DNA from: the human T2T-CHM13v2.0 reference genome, Homo sapiens
Length of the DNA: 64,000 nucleotides
Reading direction: 5' to 3' (one strand)
Assembly (NCBI RefSeq): GCF_009914755.1
Contig: NC_060947.1
Below are positions 48,215-64,000 of this stretch, piece after piece. The position numbers and the translations under genes were made by a program. Each line of letters starts with the position of its first letter. The first letter of the stretch is position 1. The notes under the pieces are model-generated. The model was not told the DNA's origin and did no database searches. It was given only the letters and a program-made list of their open reading frames with translations.

Positions 48215-49713
48215 TCTTTTAAATGATGAGATAATATGCTTTCTACATTTTTTGTGTTAGGATGTCCTAACTTTTATGAAATAATGGTAAATAGTAGAAG
48301 TAGTTCACTTTTTATTGTTCTTACTTGGTGAAATAAAAATCTGGCCATCAGTGGCCAATCCCTATCTCCATCCAACTTTTTTTCTGAAAATTTTATTGGT
48401 TCATGAAATTCAAAATTTTGGAACCATTTGCCTTTTACAGACATTTTCAGGCCTTGAACTAGTGAGGGATGGCAGGTAAGAGGGAGAAGGAGCATTTGTA
48501 TGGGATGTTTCCACTATTACTCAAGTCACATTGCACATAGGCACCTATATATGGTATACGTTGTTGACCTTGTTTGGTGGTGTCACTGAATTTAAATATT
48601 AAAAAATGACATTACTGATACCATAGTAATCCCATTTTGGCTAAACCTGTGTTGTGTTATATTCTTGTGGTATAAAAACCAATGGAAGAAAACCAAATGG
48701 ATTTTAGAGCTGCCAAAAACCAGTTTGCTAGTTTTGTTTTTCTAAATTAGGGACTGCTGTGTTGTACAAATAAAATACATACTTTTCAAGGTTTAGTATT
48801 TAATAACTTTTTGCAAGTTAAACTTTTATTCATCTAGATATTGCATAGTTTGTCCCCGTCCTCATGGAAATTATATATTCATGACAGAAAAAATTGTTCT
48901 TTGTGAGGGAAAGGCTGTACTTGTTCACTAAGTGTATGGTTTCAGAAGACACACCGTGGGAGAGGGAAAGATACACTCACCAAGCCAGCCAAACTATGGA
49001 ATTTTAGAGCTGAAAATGACTGTGTATTAAATTCTTTTATTTTTAGATAAAGAGGGAAAAAAGGCTCAGAAAAGAATGTGATTTCCACAAAGTAAGTCAG
49101 TTTGTCAAGAGTAGAGACAGGACTAGGACCTTATTTCAGGCCCGCCTTCCTTCTATTTTGTGTCCACTTTTACAGATTGATTCAGATAAGCCATGCAATG
49201 ATGTATTGAGGCTGAGTCATCATCAGGTCCTTATAAACCCACAAATAAAAGATAGAGTCAAAAGAGGCCCTGTTTCTACTATCACTGAAGACATTTTGGT
49301 ATTTAATATTTATCTTAATCTACTGGTATGCGACTGCTAGGGTGTCTGGGGTCTGATTCTACTAACCCTGAGGAAAGCATAGAACTTTCATCACCTCAAA
49401 CCTAGTTGAAAATTGGTCCCAGAGATAAAATATTTCATGTCTCAGCATCACTAGTGTAGAACAGAAATTAATACAGGATCCTGACCAGCAGAGGACAAGA
49501 GCCAGTATACTTTTGGTAAAATAAAAGTGGTAACTCCTAACTTTTTGTAGAGCAAATTAAAATGAGGTGAATATAAATTAAGGAAAGAACTATAGATTGC
49601 CTAGAAAAAAGGTATCTCTAAAGGGTATTCATTTTCTTTCTTTTTCCATTTACACTCATAATTTCAGAGTTTGGTGATGTGAGAAAATATAAAAATATAA
49701 GATAATAACTATT

Positions 49714-54511
<4,798 letters not shown>

Positions 54512-54959
54512 ATGCCCACAACTGCTGTCTAGTTCACAGGAAGCCATAGAGGTATAACAAAACAAATGAAATAAAAACAAACAAACATTGACAACTAAAC
54601 CTTTACCTCATTTGCTGTAGTAGGGGAAATACTTTCTTTTTTCTTTCGTATTTTCCTAGGCAATATTCTTATGCAGTTTCCTTGGATATATGCCGATTTG
54701 GAATTTAGACATCTTCATAATGGGTAATAAATATTTCGAGCAAAGGAGTGGGGGTAAGAATATCTCCTGGTTTGGAGAGAAAGTAGAGAGAGGCAGTGTG
54801 TTTACAAACAAAAATAGGACCAGGAATAGTCAGGATGCATCATACTGTTCTGTAAGCAAAGGATAGAAAGGTTAGTGGGGCCTAGAATCAACCACCAAGA
54901 ACATTTAATATCTACTGTGAGCAAGATACTCTGCTATGTACTGAATCTGAAGCTCAGGG

Positions 54960-54962
<3 letters not shown>

Positions 54963-54996
<34 letters not shown>
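54963..54996. repeat. (GT)n microsatellite
   Basis: Direct reading. Confidence 0.97.
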
Positions 54997-55000
<4 letters not shown>

Positions 55001-55217
55001 ACCTGCATGTGTATGTGTTTATTTCTGTCTGGGTGGTCATGGAAATTAGAGATAGCTCAATTTGAATGAAGGGAAAAGTAAGGGAGGACTAAACAAAAAA
55101 TAAATACTTATGTATAAGATTTGGCTTGACTTGAATAATGAAGCAAAGAATTAAAAACCAACCTCTCTATTTAAGATTTACCTTGTCAACTTAGGTGTGG
55201 CATTCTTTTGTTTTTGT

Positions 55218-55455
55218 AATATTCAAATTCCAAACATCTAACTTGGCATTTTGGTTACATGTTTTAAAGCTCTTTTACCTAGATTGTTTGTTCCCCATAA
55301 CCGTCAATGGTGGCCTATTGACCAGAGTGTCTTTCTGGATTTCCATGGGTTAAAGTACATTCTCCCCAGTATCTACTAAGGCAGTAGTCTCATTGCCAAA
55401 GTTAGCATTTAGTGTAACCAAAATGCCAAGGTCAGATATTTGGATTTTGAATATT
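55218..55455. repeat. Inverted repeat arms (55218-55259 and 55413-55455) enclosing an inverted copy of 56449-56580
   Basis: Manual alignment: arms differ by 3 substitutions and 1 indel; insert 55259-55390 matches the reverse complement of 56449-56580 at 124/132. Confidence 0.92.
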
Positions 55456-55504
55456 TTAAAATTTTAATTTCATTTTAACATCTTAATTTCATTTTAACAT
55501 TTTA

Positions 55505-55922
55505 AAATTTTAATTTGAGGCATAATTTACAGGCTATATATTATCACAAAGTTCTGTGAGTGCTATGTGTTTTTAAAATCATATAATTATGTAAATATCA
55601 CCAAAATCAACATATGGAATAATCCCATCATCTCCTTCTCCTTGGCTTCCCTTGTGCTGCTCCTAGTCCCAGCTTCTGGCAGTCACTGATATTTTCTGTC
55701 AATACAGTTCTTCCTTTTCCAGAATGACAATAGAATCATAAAGTAAGTTTGTAGTCTTTTACTGTAGCTTTTTTACTCAATATAAATATTTTAAGATACA
55801 TCCATGTTGCTGCATAGTTCAGTAGTGAATTCTTTTTATTTTTCTATATTACTTCATTGTATAGATAGTCAGAGTTTGTTTAATCCATTTACCAGCTAAA
55901 AGACATCTGGGTTGTTTCCAGT
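55505..55922 (-). mobile_element. Old L1 3'UTR fragment (L1MC/ME-like)
   Basis: tttaatttgaggcataatttac...catccatgttgctgc...gacatctgggttgtttccag. Confidence 0.7.
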
Positions 55923-55924
55923 GT

Positions 55925-56304
55925 TTTTTTCTTTTGCCTCCTCTCACTGTGTATTTTCAACTAGCCTGTGTTAGAGCTCACTAATTCTTTCTTCTGCTTG
56001 ATCATTTCTGCTTGTTGAGAGGCTCTGGTACATTCTTCAGAATGTCAATTAAATTTTTCAGCTCTAGTATTTCTACTTGGTTTAAAAAATATTTTAATCT
56101 CTTAAAAATATATCTCATAGGATTCTGAATTACTTCTCTGTGTTATCTTAAATTTCACTGAGCTTCCTCAAAACAGCTATTTTGAATTCTCTCTCTGAGA
56201 GTTCACATATTTCTATTCACTCCACAACTGGTCACTGGTGCCTAGTTAGTTTCTTTGGTGAGGTCATGTTTTCTTGGGTGGTCTTGATACATGTGGATGC
56301 TCAT
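55925..56304 (-). mobile_element. L1M ORF1 N-terminal fragment
   Basis: Colinear with the L1MA at 38100-38790 in this window. Confidence 0.8.
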
Positions 56305-56305
56305 T

Positions 56306-56851
56306 CTGCAGTTATGAGGAAGATTTGACCTAATAAAGATTTATCAGGAGGATAAGGTGCTTGTGGACTACTGCATGAGTACAGGGATGCCCCAAATACA
56401 CCAGTGAGTTTAGAGTGATTTTTAACTGGTGTCCTCCATATAAGGAGAAGACTACTGCTTTAGTAGATACTAGGGAGAATGTACTTTAACCCATGGAAAT
56501 CCAGAAAGACACTCTGGTCAATAGGCAGCCATTGATGGTTATGGGGAACAAACAATCCAGGTAAAAGAATTTTAAAACATCTAGGTATTGAGAAAGATGC
56601 CCTTACTCCATATATAATGTTTATTTCCCCCATTCCAGACAATATTTTAGGCATGGATATTCTGTTAGGAAAGACTTTGAAAACTTCAGTAGGAGAATTC
56701 AGATCAAAGGTGTGTGTAGTAGTAAAGGCTATTCCCAGGGGAGAGGTAAAATGGAAAACTGCACAATCTCCTGCCCCTAGGTGGGTTGTCAACCTTAAAT
56801 GATACAAATTGCCTGAGGGGCATGTTGAAATAAGTGCAGCTATTGAGGATC
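56306..56851 (+). pseudogene. Class III (ERVL-type) protease and start of RT, disabled
   Basis: TALVDT[R]..., ISPIPDNILGMDILLG, VVNLK*YKLPEGHVEISAAI. Confidence 0.78.
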
Positions 56852-57128
56852 TCCAGGGAATTCCTCCAGATCTTACCAAAGACCACCAAAACAGTACCGC
56901 TATGAGTCTGAAAAAGTAATGGCATTATTTTGGGGGTGCCCCCTAATGCAGATATGGCTGCAATGATCAAAGACTTAGATCAGAACACTCAATCCCTAAA
57001 TCACAACACTCAACTCCCTTTGAATACTTGGAAAGCCTTCCCAAGAAGGACAGGTAAAAACAAGCCCAGATGGTGAAAATTACAATAAATACTGAACTCC
57101 TCAATGCCTAGACATTTATGAACATTCA
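56852..57128 (+). mobile_element. L1M 5' fragment, inverted relative to 55925-56304
   Basis: Its reverse complement is colinear with 38780-39030 of the L1MA in this window. Confidence 0.8.
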
Positions 57129-57225
57129 TTTCACATAGAAATGGCTGGTTACCCTGGAATTTCTCTCACAGATGCTTCATACCCTTTGTCCGTTTCTTGG
57201 TCTCTTGGCTACTGGCTAGCTCACT

Positions 57226-57654
57226 TGTGGTGAGCAAATACATGCAAGCTTACACCCAAGGTCTGAGGGAGCTGAGAGGTTAAAGAAAGAGGCTTTACAA
57301 ATCCAGTTTCTCAGAAAGAAACATTTTAATAGGGACTCAGGAACAGAAGCAATGCCTCTGGTGGCCAAAAGAAAATTTATCTCTGCATCTGCCTTCTAGA
57401 AAGTATTTATATAGCAAACTCTTTTTTTCTTGGTAAAATGTGTGCAGCTGGTTATGTCTCAGACCTTCTTGTGAAACTTGTGAACCATGAGGAAGTTAGA
57501 TAAGCATCTTTATGAGGGGTTATTTATGCTACAGTATTTTTTCTTGATCTTGCTGTGAAAATGCCTTGGTATGTAGGAGTCAAACATTAGTCATTATGTT
57601 GGTTTCACTTCAAGATGGCATTACTCTTGCCATGCAACAGGCTGTTTTCCTATA
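57226..57654 (-). mobile_element. ERVL 5' LTR (LTR47/LTR32-like) followed by a degenerate PBS and leader (57129-57225)
   Basis: Minus-strand start TATAGGAAAACAGCCTGTTGCATGGCAAGAGTAATGCCATCTTGAAG, end GCTCACCACA, then AGTGAGCTAGCCAGTAG resembling a tRNA-Arg PBS (13/17). Confidence 0.72.
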
Positions 57655-58250
57655 ATAATTTTTTATTTAATATTTTGAATATAAAATAGAGTCACATAGT
57701 TAGAAGTCAAATGACATAAAAAGGCTAATAGTGACATGTGTTTCTTTTTCTTATCACTGTTCCTTATTCATTCAGCTTCCAATTCTTTGCTCTTCCACAG
57801 ATAAGTACGTTACTTAGATCTTTTGTGCATATTTTCACAGTTTAAAAAATTTAAATAAAAGCAAGTATAAAATTATATTTTAATTGTATATCCTCTTTTA
57901 AAACAAAATGTAGCATTCTAAATATGATGTCTTGCACATTTTTTTCTTCATGCCACAATGTATCTTATAGATCTTTTTTATAGTAATACCTAGAGGGCTT
58001 TCTCATCTATTTTTATGTTTTGTTTATTCCATTGTATAAATGTATCATAACTTATTTAAATAGTCTTATAGTTGCAGACCATTATTTTCAATCTTTAGAT
58101 ATTGCAAATAATGCTTCATAACAATATAATGTTATAGTGATCTATTATTTTATTCTATAGATATAGCACCATTTATTTAAACAGTCCTATACTGTTGAAC
58201 AGTTAGACTCTTTCCAATATTATACATAATGCTGAAATCAACATCAGTAT
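57655..58250 (-). mobile_element. Old L1ME 3' fragments
   Basis: tattccattgtataaatgtatcataacttatttaaatagtc, cattatttaaacagtcc motifs. Confidence 0.55.
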
Positions 58251-58938
58251 ACTGATATGTTGTATGTATCTGTTTTCCTATAAATAAATATGGATCAATT
58301 ATGGGAACAAATTTTGGTCCAAGATTGTTGTTGTCTTGTGTTACTATGAGAACCAAAGACAATTGCCATACTCCTTAGCCTGTGGCCATAGACAAAATTC
58401 CCACATATCTGGATGACGACAATAGAATTAGGGAGCCTATTAAGCCATGCTGAGCAACTATTTAAATAAATCAAAGAGTACAGGGGAGCCAAGTGTACGG
58501 ACAATCAGTAGAGAAAACTAAAATGGCACTCCTGTTATGTCTTCCTGGACCAAAATCACAACCAGGTTGGCATTCGAGAAGGGAAACCATGATATATATG
58601 GGAATTCTAGATTAATATTCTACCCCCAGTATACAAAGACGGTATTTCTGACTCTTCATCAGTAGGCTACATTTTTAAGGTTGTTCTTCAGTTGTGGGGA
58701 TGACTTATACTATGACCTTTTTGTGATTTATGACTCATACTTGGAGGATAGTTGACTGAAGTTAGAGTGTCAATGGTTATAGAAGCAACCATCCAGTTTG
58801 AGAAAATTCTTGTATCTTTAACACCATACTACAGCAATTGAAATTACCTAGGTCCTAAGGTAGTAGGAGCATGTAAATAACATGCCTAGAAGAAGTATAA
58901 TATGTCAAAATATGCCCAAAAGAAGGTAAAGAGAATAA

Positions 58939-59557
<619 letters not shown>

Positions 59558-60879
59558 CATCTTTGACCATGTTTTTAAGCTATTGGCCCAGATGCCTTGA
59601 TGGGTGAATAATAATATACATAAGGGCATCCTTGAAAAATCATCAGGGTGAAAAATATTGGAGAGCAGTCTATATGGTTAAACAGGTTGCTTACTGTAGA
59701 CTTGTGTACCAAATACCCAACTTCTCTTGGCAATGCATTATCTACTCAAAATGCAGAAATCTCCATGTAGCCTAGATTGGCAGAGAAATCTAGATTGTAT
59801 TTTACACCAGAGGTACATGCCAAAATTTTATTTGGGAAATGTTTTTCAGCATTTTTCTGTTTCTGAGGATTAAGACGTGGAGACTAGGTAAAATTATTTA
59901 ATAACTGTTTTAATCTCTGTGGTGCTTTTAGATTCTATGCCAAATGAATGCTCTTTGGATGTACTACTGGGTGAAAGGGTAGGCAGGCTATTGAGAAACT
60001 GCAGCAGAGCTTTTTTCATATTTGTTGAAAACTCCTTCAGATGCCTGGTGTTTAACTGTGTTCTAAGAACTCCACCAAGTTTAGAAGTGCTTCTGCTACC
60101 TGACAAATGGAGCTTCCCTCACCCCACACTGTGGTCTTTCAGACATCTTATAAATAAGCAATTGAATCTGTTAAGGCTTTGCTATTGTCTTTTAACCATT
60201 CAAAACAAGAAACAATTTATTAAGTGTTTCTGGTAAGCTGACATTTCTTGGAAATGGTGCTGAGAGGAAGCTGGAATGCTGCCACTGGCCCTTTTACCTT
60301 AATCAAGATTATATAATATTTAAATACCGGAAGTCTTGCAAAATTTCTTGGCTTTCTGTGCCACGTTATTCTCTCATTTTTTTTCTGTCTCTGATTGCTT
60401 TTTACCTTCATTGCTGACTAACTGTTGGTATTCTCCTAAAGTTCAATATCCAGTTTTCTCTTCTCCCTCAAGGATCTATCAGCTTTCATAATCTCAGCTA
60501 TCCCTTTATGTAGTTACCAAATCATTGCTTTCAATTCTCACTACTCTATTAACTATATTTTTAATCTCTTTCATTTTCAATTGGGAATATGATACAAGCT
60601 CTTTCCCACAAGCTTAAGTGTAATATCAGACAGATTCTAACTTCCCTAACTCAACTGTTTAGCAATGTTACCCCTCCAGTATACACACAAGACTTAGGAA
60701 AGAAGTAAAAAGTTTCCAGCAGATAATATCTTAATAGTTTTCTGATTCACTTCTCTTTTCATACCACTTCCACTGTCATTATTCTATGTTTAGCTTCTGG
60801 CATAGTCCTGAAATTACAATAGCCTTAGGACATAACATCAAGAAAAGATGGATAGACAAATGCAATGTACTGAAACATA

Positions 60880-61330
60880 TGCACCTCGAATATAGAAACA
60901 CTCTTAGGTTCCTCTGGTTATTACATGTAGAACACTGCACCAGGTCCGTGTTGTCTAGGAGCTCACAGTTCAGAGTGGGAAACAGTCATTTGAGTAGACA
61001 ATTATAGTAGTGTAGAGAATGTTAAAATATAGTGCTGTGGCTGCAGAGATGAGGCACTTAGCTCAGAATGATCAGGGCCTAGTTCTTGAAGGAGGTGATG
61101 CTGTATCAGAGTCTTGAAAAAGGAAACATTAGTCAGGCAGAGGATAGGAAGCATTCCAGGCCAAGTGGGTAACAATACATGGAGATATGTATATGGATTA
61201 TACATATATGAAATATATATTTGTATGTGTATGTATATATGAGTCTATTTGAAAATTTGACAAGAACACGGGGCCTTGTGGAGAGAGTAGAAGTAGATAA
61301 GATCTGAGAAATTTGCAGGAGCCATAATTA
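60880..61330 (-). mobile_element. L2 fragment
   Basis: ggagctcacagt, ggaggtgatgctg...agtcttgaa, ggaagcattccaggc L2 antisense motifs. Confidence 0.6.
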
Positions 61331-63368
61331 TTTTATTTCATCTATTTTATTTTACTTTATTCAATAGTTTTTGGGGAATAGGTTGGTTTTGGTTATATGA
61401 ATAACTTCTTTAGTGGTAATTTCTGAGATTTTGGTGCACTTGTTACGTGAGCAGTGTTCACTGTACCCAATGTGTAATCTTTTATCCTTCAGCCCCCTTC
61501 TTCCCCTGAAGTCCTCAAAGTCCATTATGTCATTCTTATGCCTTTGCATCCTCATAGCTTAGCTCCTGCTTATAAGTGAGAACAAACAATATTTGGTTTT
61601 CCATTCCTGAGTTACTTCACACAGAATAATGGTTTCCAACTCCATCCAGGTTGCTGTGAATGCCATTATTTCATTCCTTTTTATGGCTGAGTAGTATTCC
61701 ATGGTGTACATAGACCACATGTTTTTTATATAATTGTTGGTTGATAGGCATTTAGGATGGTTCCATATTTTTGCAATTGTGAATTGTGCTGCTCTAAACA
61801 TGTGTATGTAAGTGTCTTTTTTGTATAATGACTTCTTTTTCTCTGGGTAAATACACAGTAGTGGGATTGCTGGATCAAATGGTAGTTCTACTTTTAGTTC
61901 TTTAAGCAATCTCCATACTGTTTTCCATAGTGGTTGTACTAGTTTACATTTCCACCAGCAGTGTAGAAGTGTTCCCTTTTCACCACATCCACGTTAACAT
62001 CTATTGTTTTTTGATTTTTTGATTATGGCCATTTTTGCCGAAACAAGATGGTAACTCATTGTGGTTTTAATTTGCATTTTCCTGATACTTAGTGATGTTG
62101 AGCATTTTTTTCATATGTTTGTTGGCCATTTGTACATCTTTTAAGAATTGTCTATTCATGTTTTTGCCCTCATTGTGATGGGATTATTATTTATTTTTTT
62201 CTGCTGATTTGAGTTCCTTGTAGAGTCTGGATATTAGCCCTTTGTCTGATGTACAGTTTGCAAATATTTTCTCCCATTCTGTGGGTTTTCTGTTTACTCT
62301 TCTAATTATTTCTTTTGCTGTGTAGAAGCTTTTTAGTTTAATTAGGTCCCATCTATTTATATTAGTTTTTGTTGCATTTGCTTTTGGATTCTTGCTCATG
62401 AACTCTTTGCCTAAGGCCATGTCTAGAAGTACTTTTCAAATGTTATCTTCTAGAATTTTTATGTTTTCATGTCTTAGATTTAAGTGTTAATTCATCTTGG
62501 GTTGATTTTTGTATAAGGTGAGAGATGAGGATCCATTTTCATTCTTCTACATGTGGCTTGCCAATTATCCCAGCACCATTTGTTAAACAGGGTATCCTTT
62601 TCCTACTTTATGTTATTGTTTGCTTTGACAAAAATCAATTGGCTGTAAGCATTTGGCTTTATTTCTGGGTTTTATATTCTGTTCCTTTGGTCTATGTGAC
62701 TACTTTTATAGCAGTACCATGCTGTTTTGGTAACTATAGCCTTGTAGTATAGTTTGAAGTCAGATAATGTGATACCTCCAGATTTGTTCTTTTCACTTAG
62801 TCTTGCTTTGGCTGTGCAGGCTCTTTTTTGGTTCCATATGAATTTTTGGATTTTTTTTCTAGTTCTGTGAAGAATGATCATGGTAGGTACTTTGGTGGGA
62901 ATTGCATTAAATCTGTAGATTGCGTTTGGCAGTATGGTCATTTTCACAATATTGATTCTACCTATTCATGTGCATGGGATACGTTTCTATTTGTTTGTGT
63001 CATAAATGGTTTCTTTCAGTGGTGTTTTGCAGTTTTCCTTGTAGAAATCTTTCACCTCCTTGGTTAGGTATATTCCTAAATATTTTATTATTATTATTTT
63101 TTGTGGCTGTTGTAAAAGTGATTGAGTTTTTGATTTGATTCTCAGCTTGGTCATTGTTGGTGTATAGCAGTGCTACTGATTTGTGTACATTGAATTTTGT
63201 ATCCTGAAACTTTACTAAATTTATTTATCAGATCTAAGAGCATTTTAAATGAGTCTTTAGGTTTTTCTAGGTATATACTCATATCATTGGTGAACAGAGA
63301 CAGTTTGTCTTCTTCTTTACCAATTTGGATGCCCTTTATTTCATTCTGTTGTCTGATTGCTCTGACTA
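61330..63368 (-). mobile_element. L1PB1-like element, 3' part (ORF2 C-half, 3'UTR, A-rich tail)
   Basis: L1PB 3'UTR caatagtttttggggaatagg; [28 protein letters not shown]. Confidence 0.9.
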
Positions 63369-64000
63369 AAAGCTGGTTCTTTGAAAAGATAAACAAAATT
63401 GATAGACCATTAGCAAGATTAACCAAGAAAAAATAGAGAAGATCAAAATAAGCTCCATTAGATACAAAATGGGAGATATTACCACTGACACCACAGAAAT
63501 ACAAAAATTATTTAAGGCTACTAGGAACACCTATATGCACACAAACTGGAAAATCTAGAGGATATAGATAAATTCCTGGAAATATACAACCCTCCTAGAT
63601 TAAATAATAAAGAAACAGAAACTCTGAACAGACAAATAACAAGTAGTGAGATTTAAATATTAATTTAAAAAATGCCAACTAAAAAAACTTCAGAACCATA
63701 TGGATTCACAGTTGAATTCTATCAGACATTTAAAGGAGAATTGGTGTCAATCCTGCCAAAAGTATTCCAAAAGATAGAGAAAGAGAGAATCCTCCCTAAA
63801 TCATTTTATGAAGCCAGTATCACCCTAATACTAAAATCAGGAAAGGACATAACAACAACAACAACAAAACTACAGACCAATATCCCTGATAAACATAGAT
63901 GCAAAAATCCTCAGCAAAATACTAGCTAAGTAAATCCAACAGCATATCAAAAAGATAATCCACCATGATCAAGTGGGTTTCATACCAGGGGTGTAGGGAT
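63368..64000 (+). mobile_element. Inverted 5' part of the same L1PB (runs off the window)
   Basis: [29 protein letters not shown], caccatgatcaagtgggtttcatacc on the + strand directly after the junction. Confidence 0.88.

Noticed and set aside
58311-58556. 13-bp imperfect inverted repeat (attttggtccaag / cctggaccaaaat) around unassigned sequence
   Set aside because: Too short, no TSD, and no family recognised; may be chance or an old DNA transposon remnant

Overview
Primate (human-like) genomic DNA, AT-rich and dominated by retroelements. The only gene feature I can support is a non-coding first exon and promoter on the minus strand (exon about 8634-8830, strong CAG|GTAAGG donor). I recognise it from memory as exon 1 of CYSLTR1 (Xq21.1); this needs BLAT confirmation. 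If correct, 1-8633 is intron 1, no CYSLTR1 coding sequence is in the window, and everything right of about 9 kb is upstream intergenic DNA. That DNA holds a HERV-K(HML-2) solo LTR, a MER57 LTR, an almost continuous L1/Alu/ERV block from about 16.9 to 45 kb that includes an L1-retroposed HERV-W copy fused to a truncated L1PA7, and further L1PA/L1PB/Alu copies. None of the listed ORFs is a credible host gene; the recognisable ones are decayed L1, Alu or ERV frames. I found no new biological system in the sense of new genes. The most unusual structure is a rearrangement cluster at 55.2-57.7 kb: 42/43-bp inverted arms enclosing a 132-bp copy of a nearby ERVL protease segment, beside an ~820-bp inversion that breaks both an L1 and an ERVL element. 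Repeat subfamily names and most repeat boundaries are by eye and approximate.
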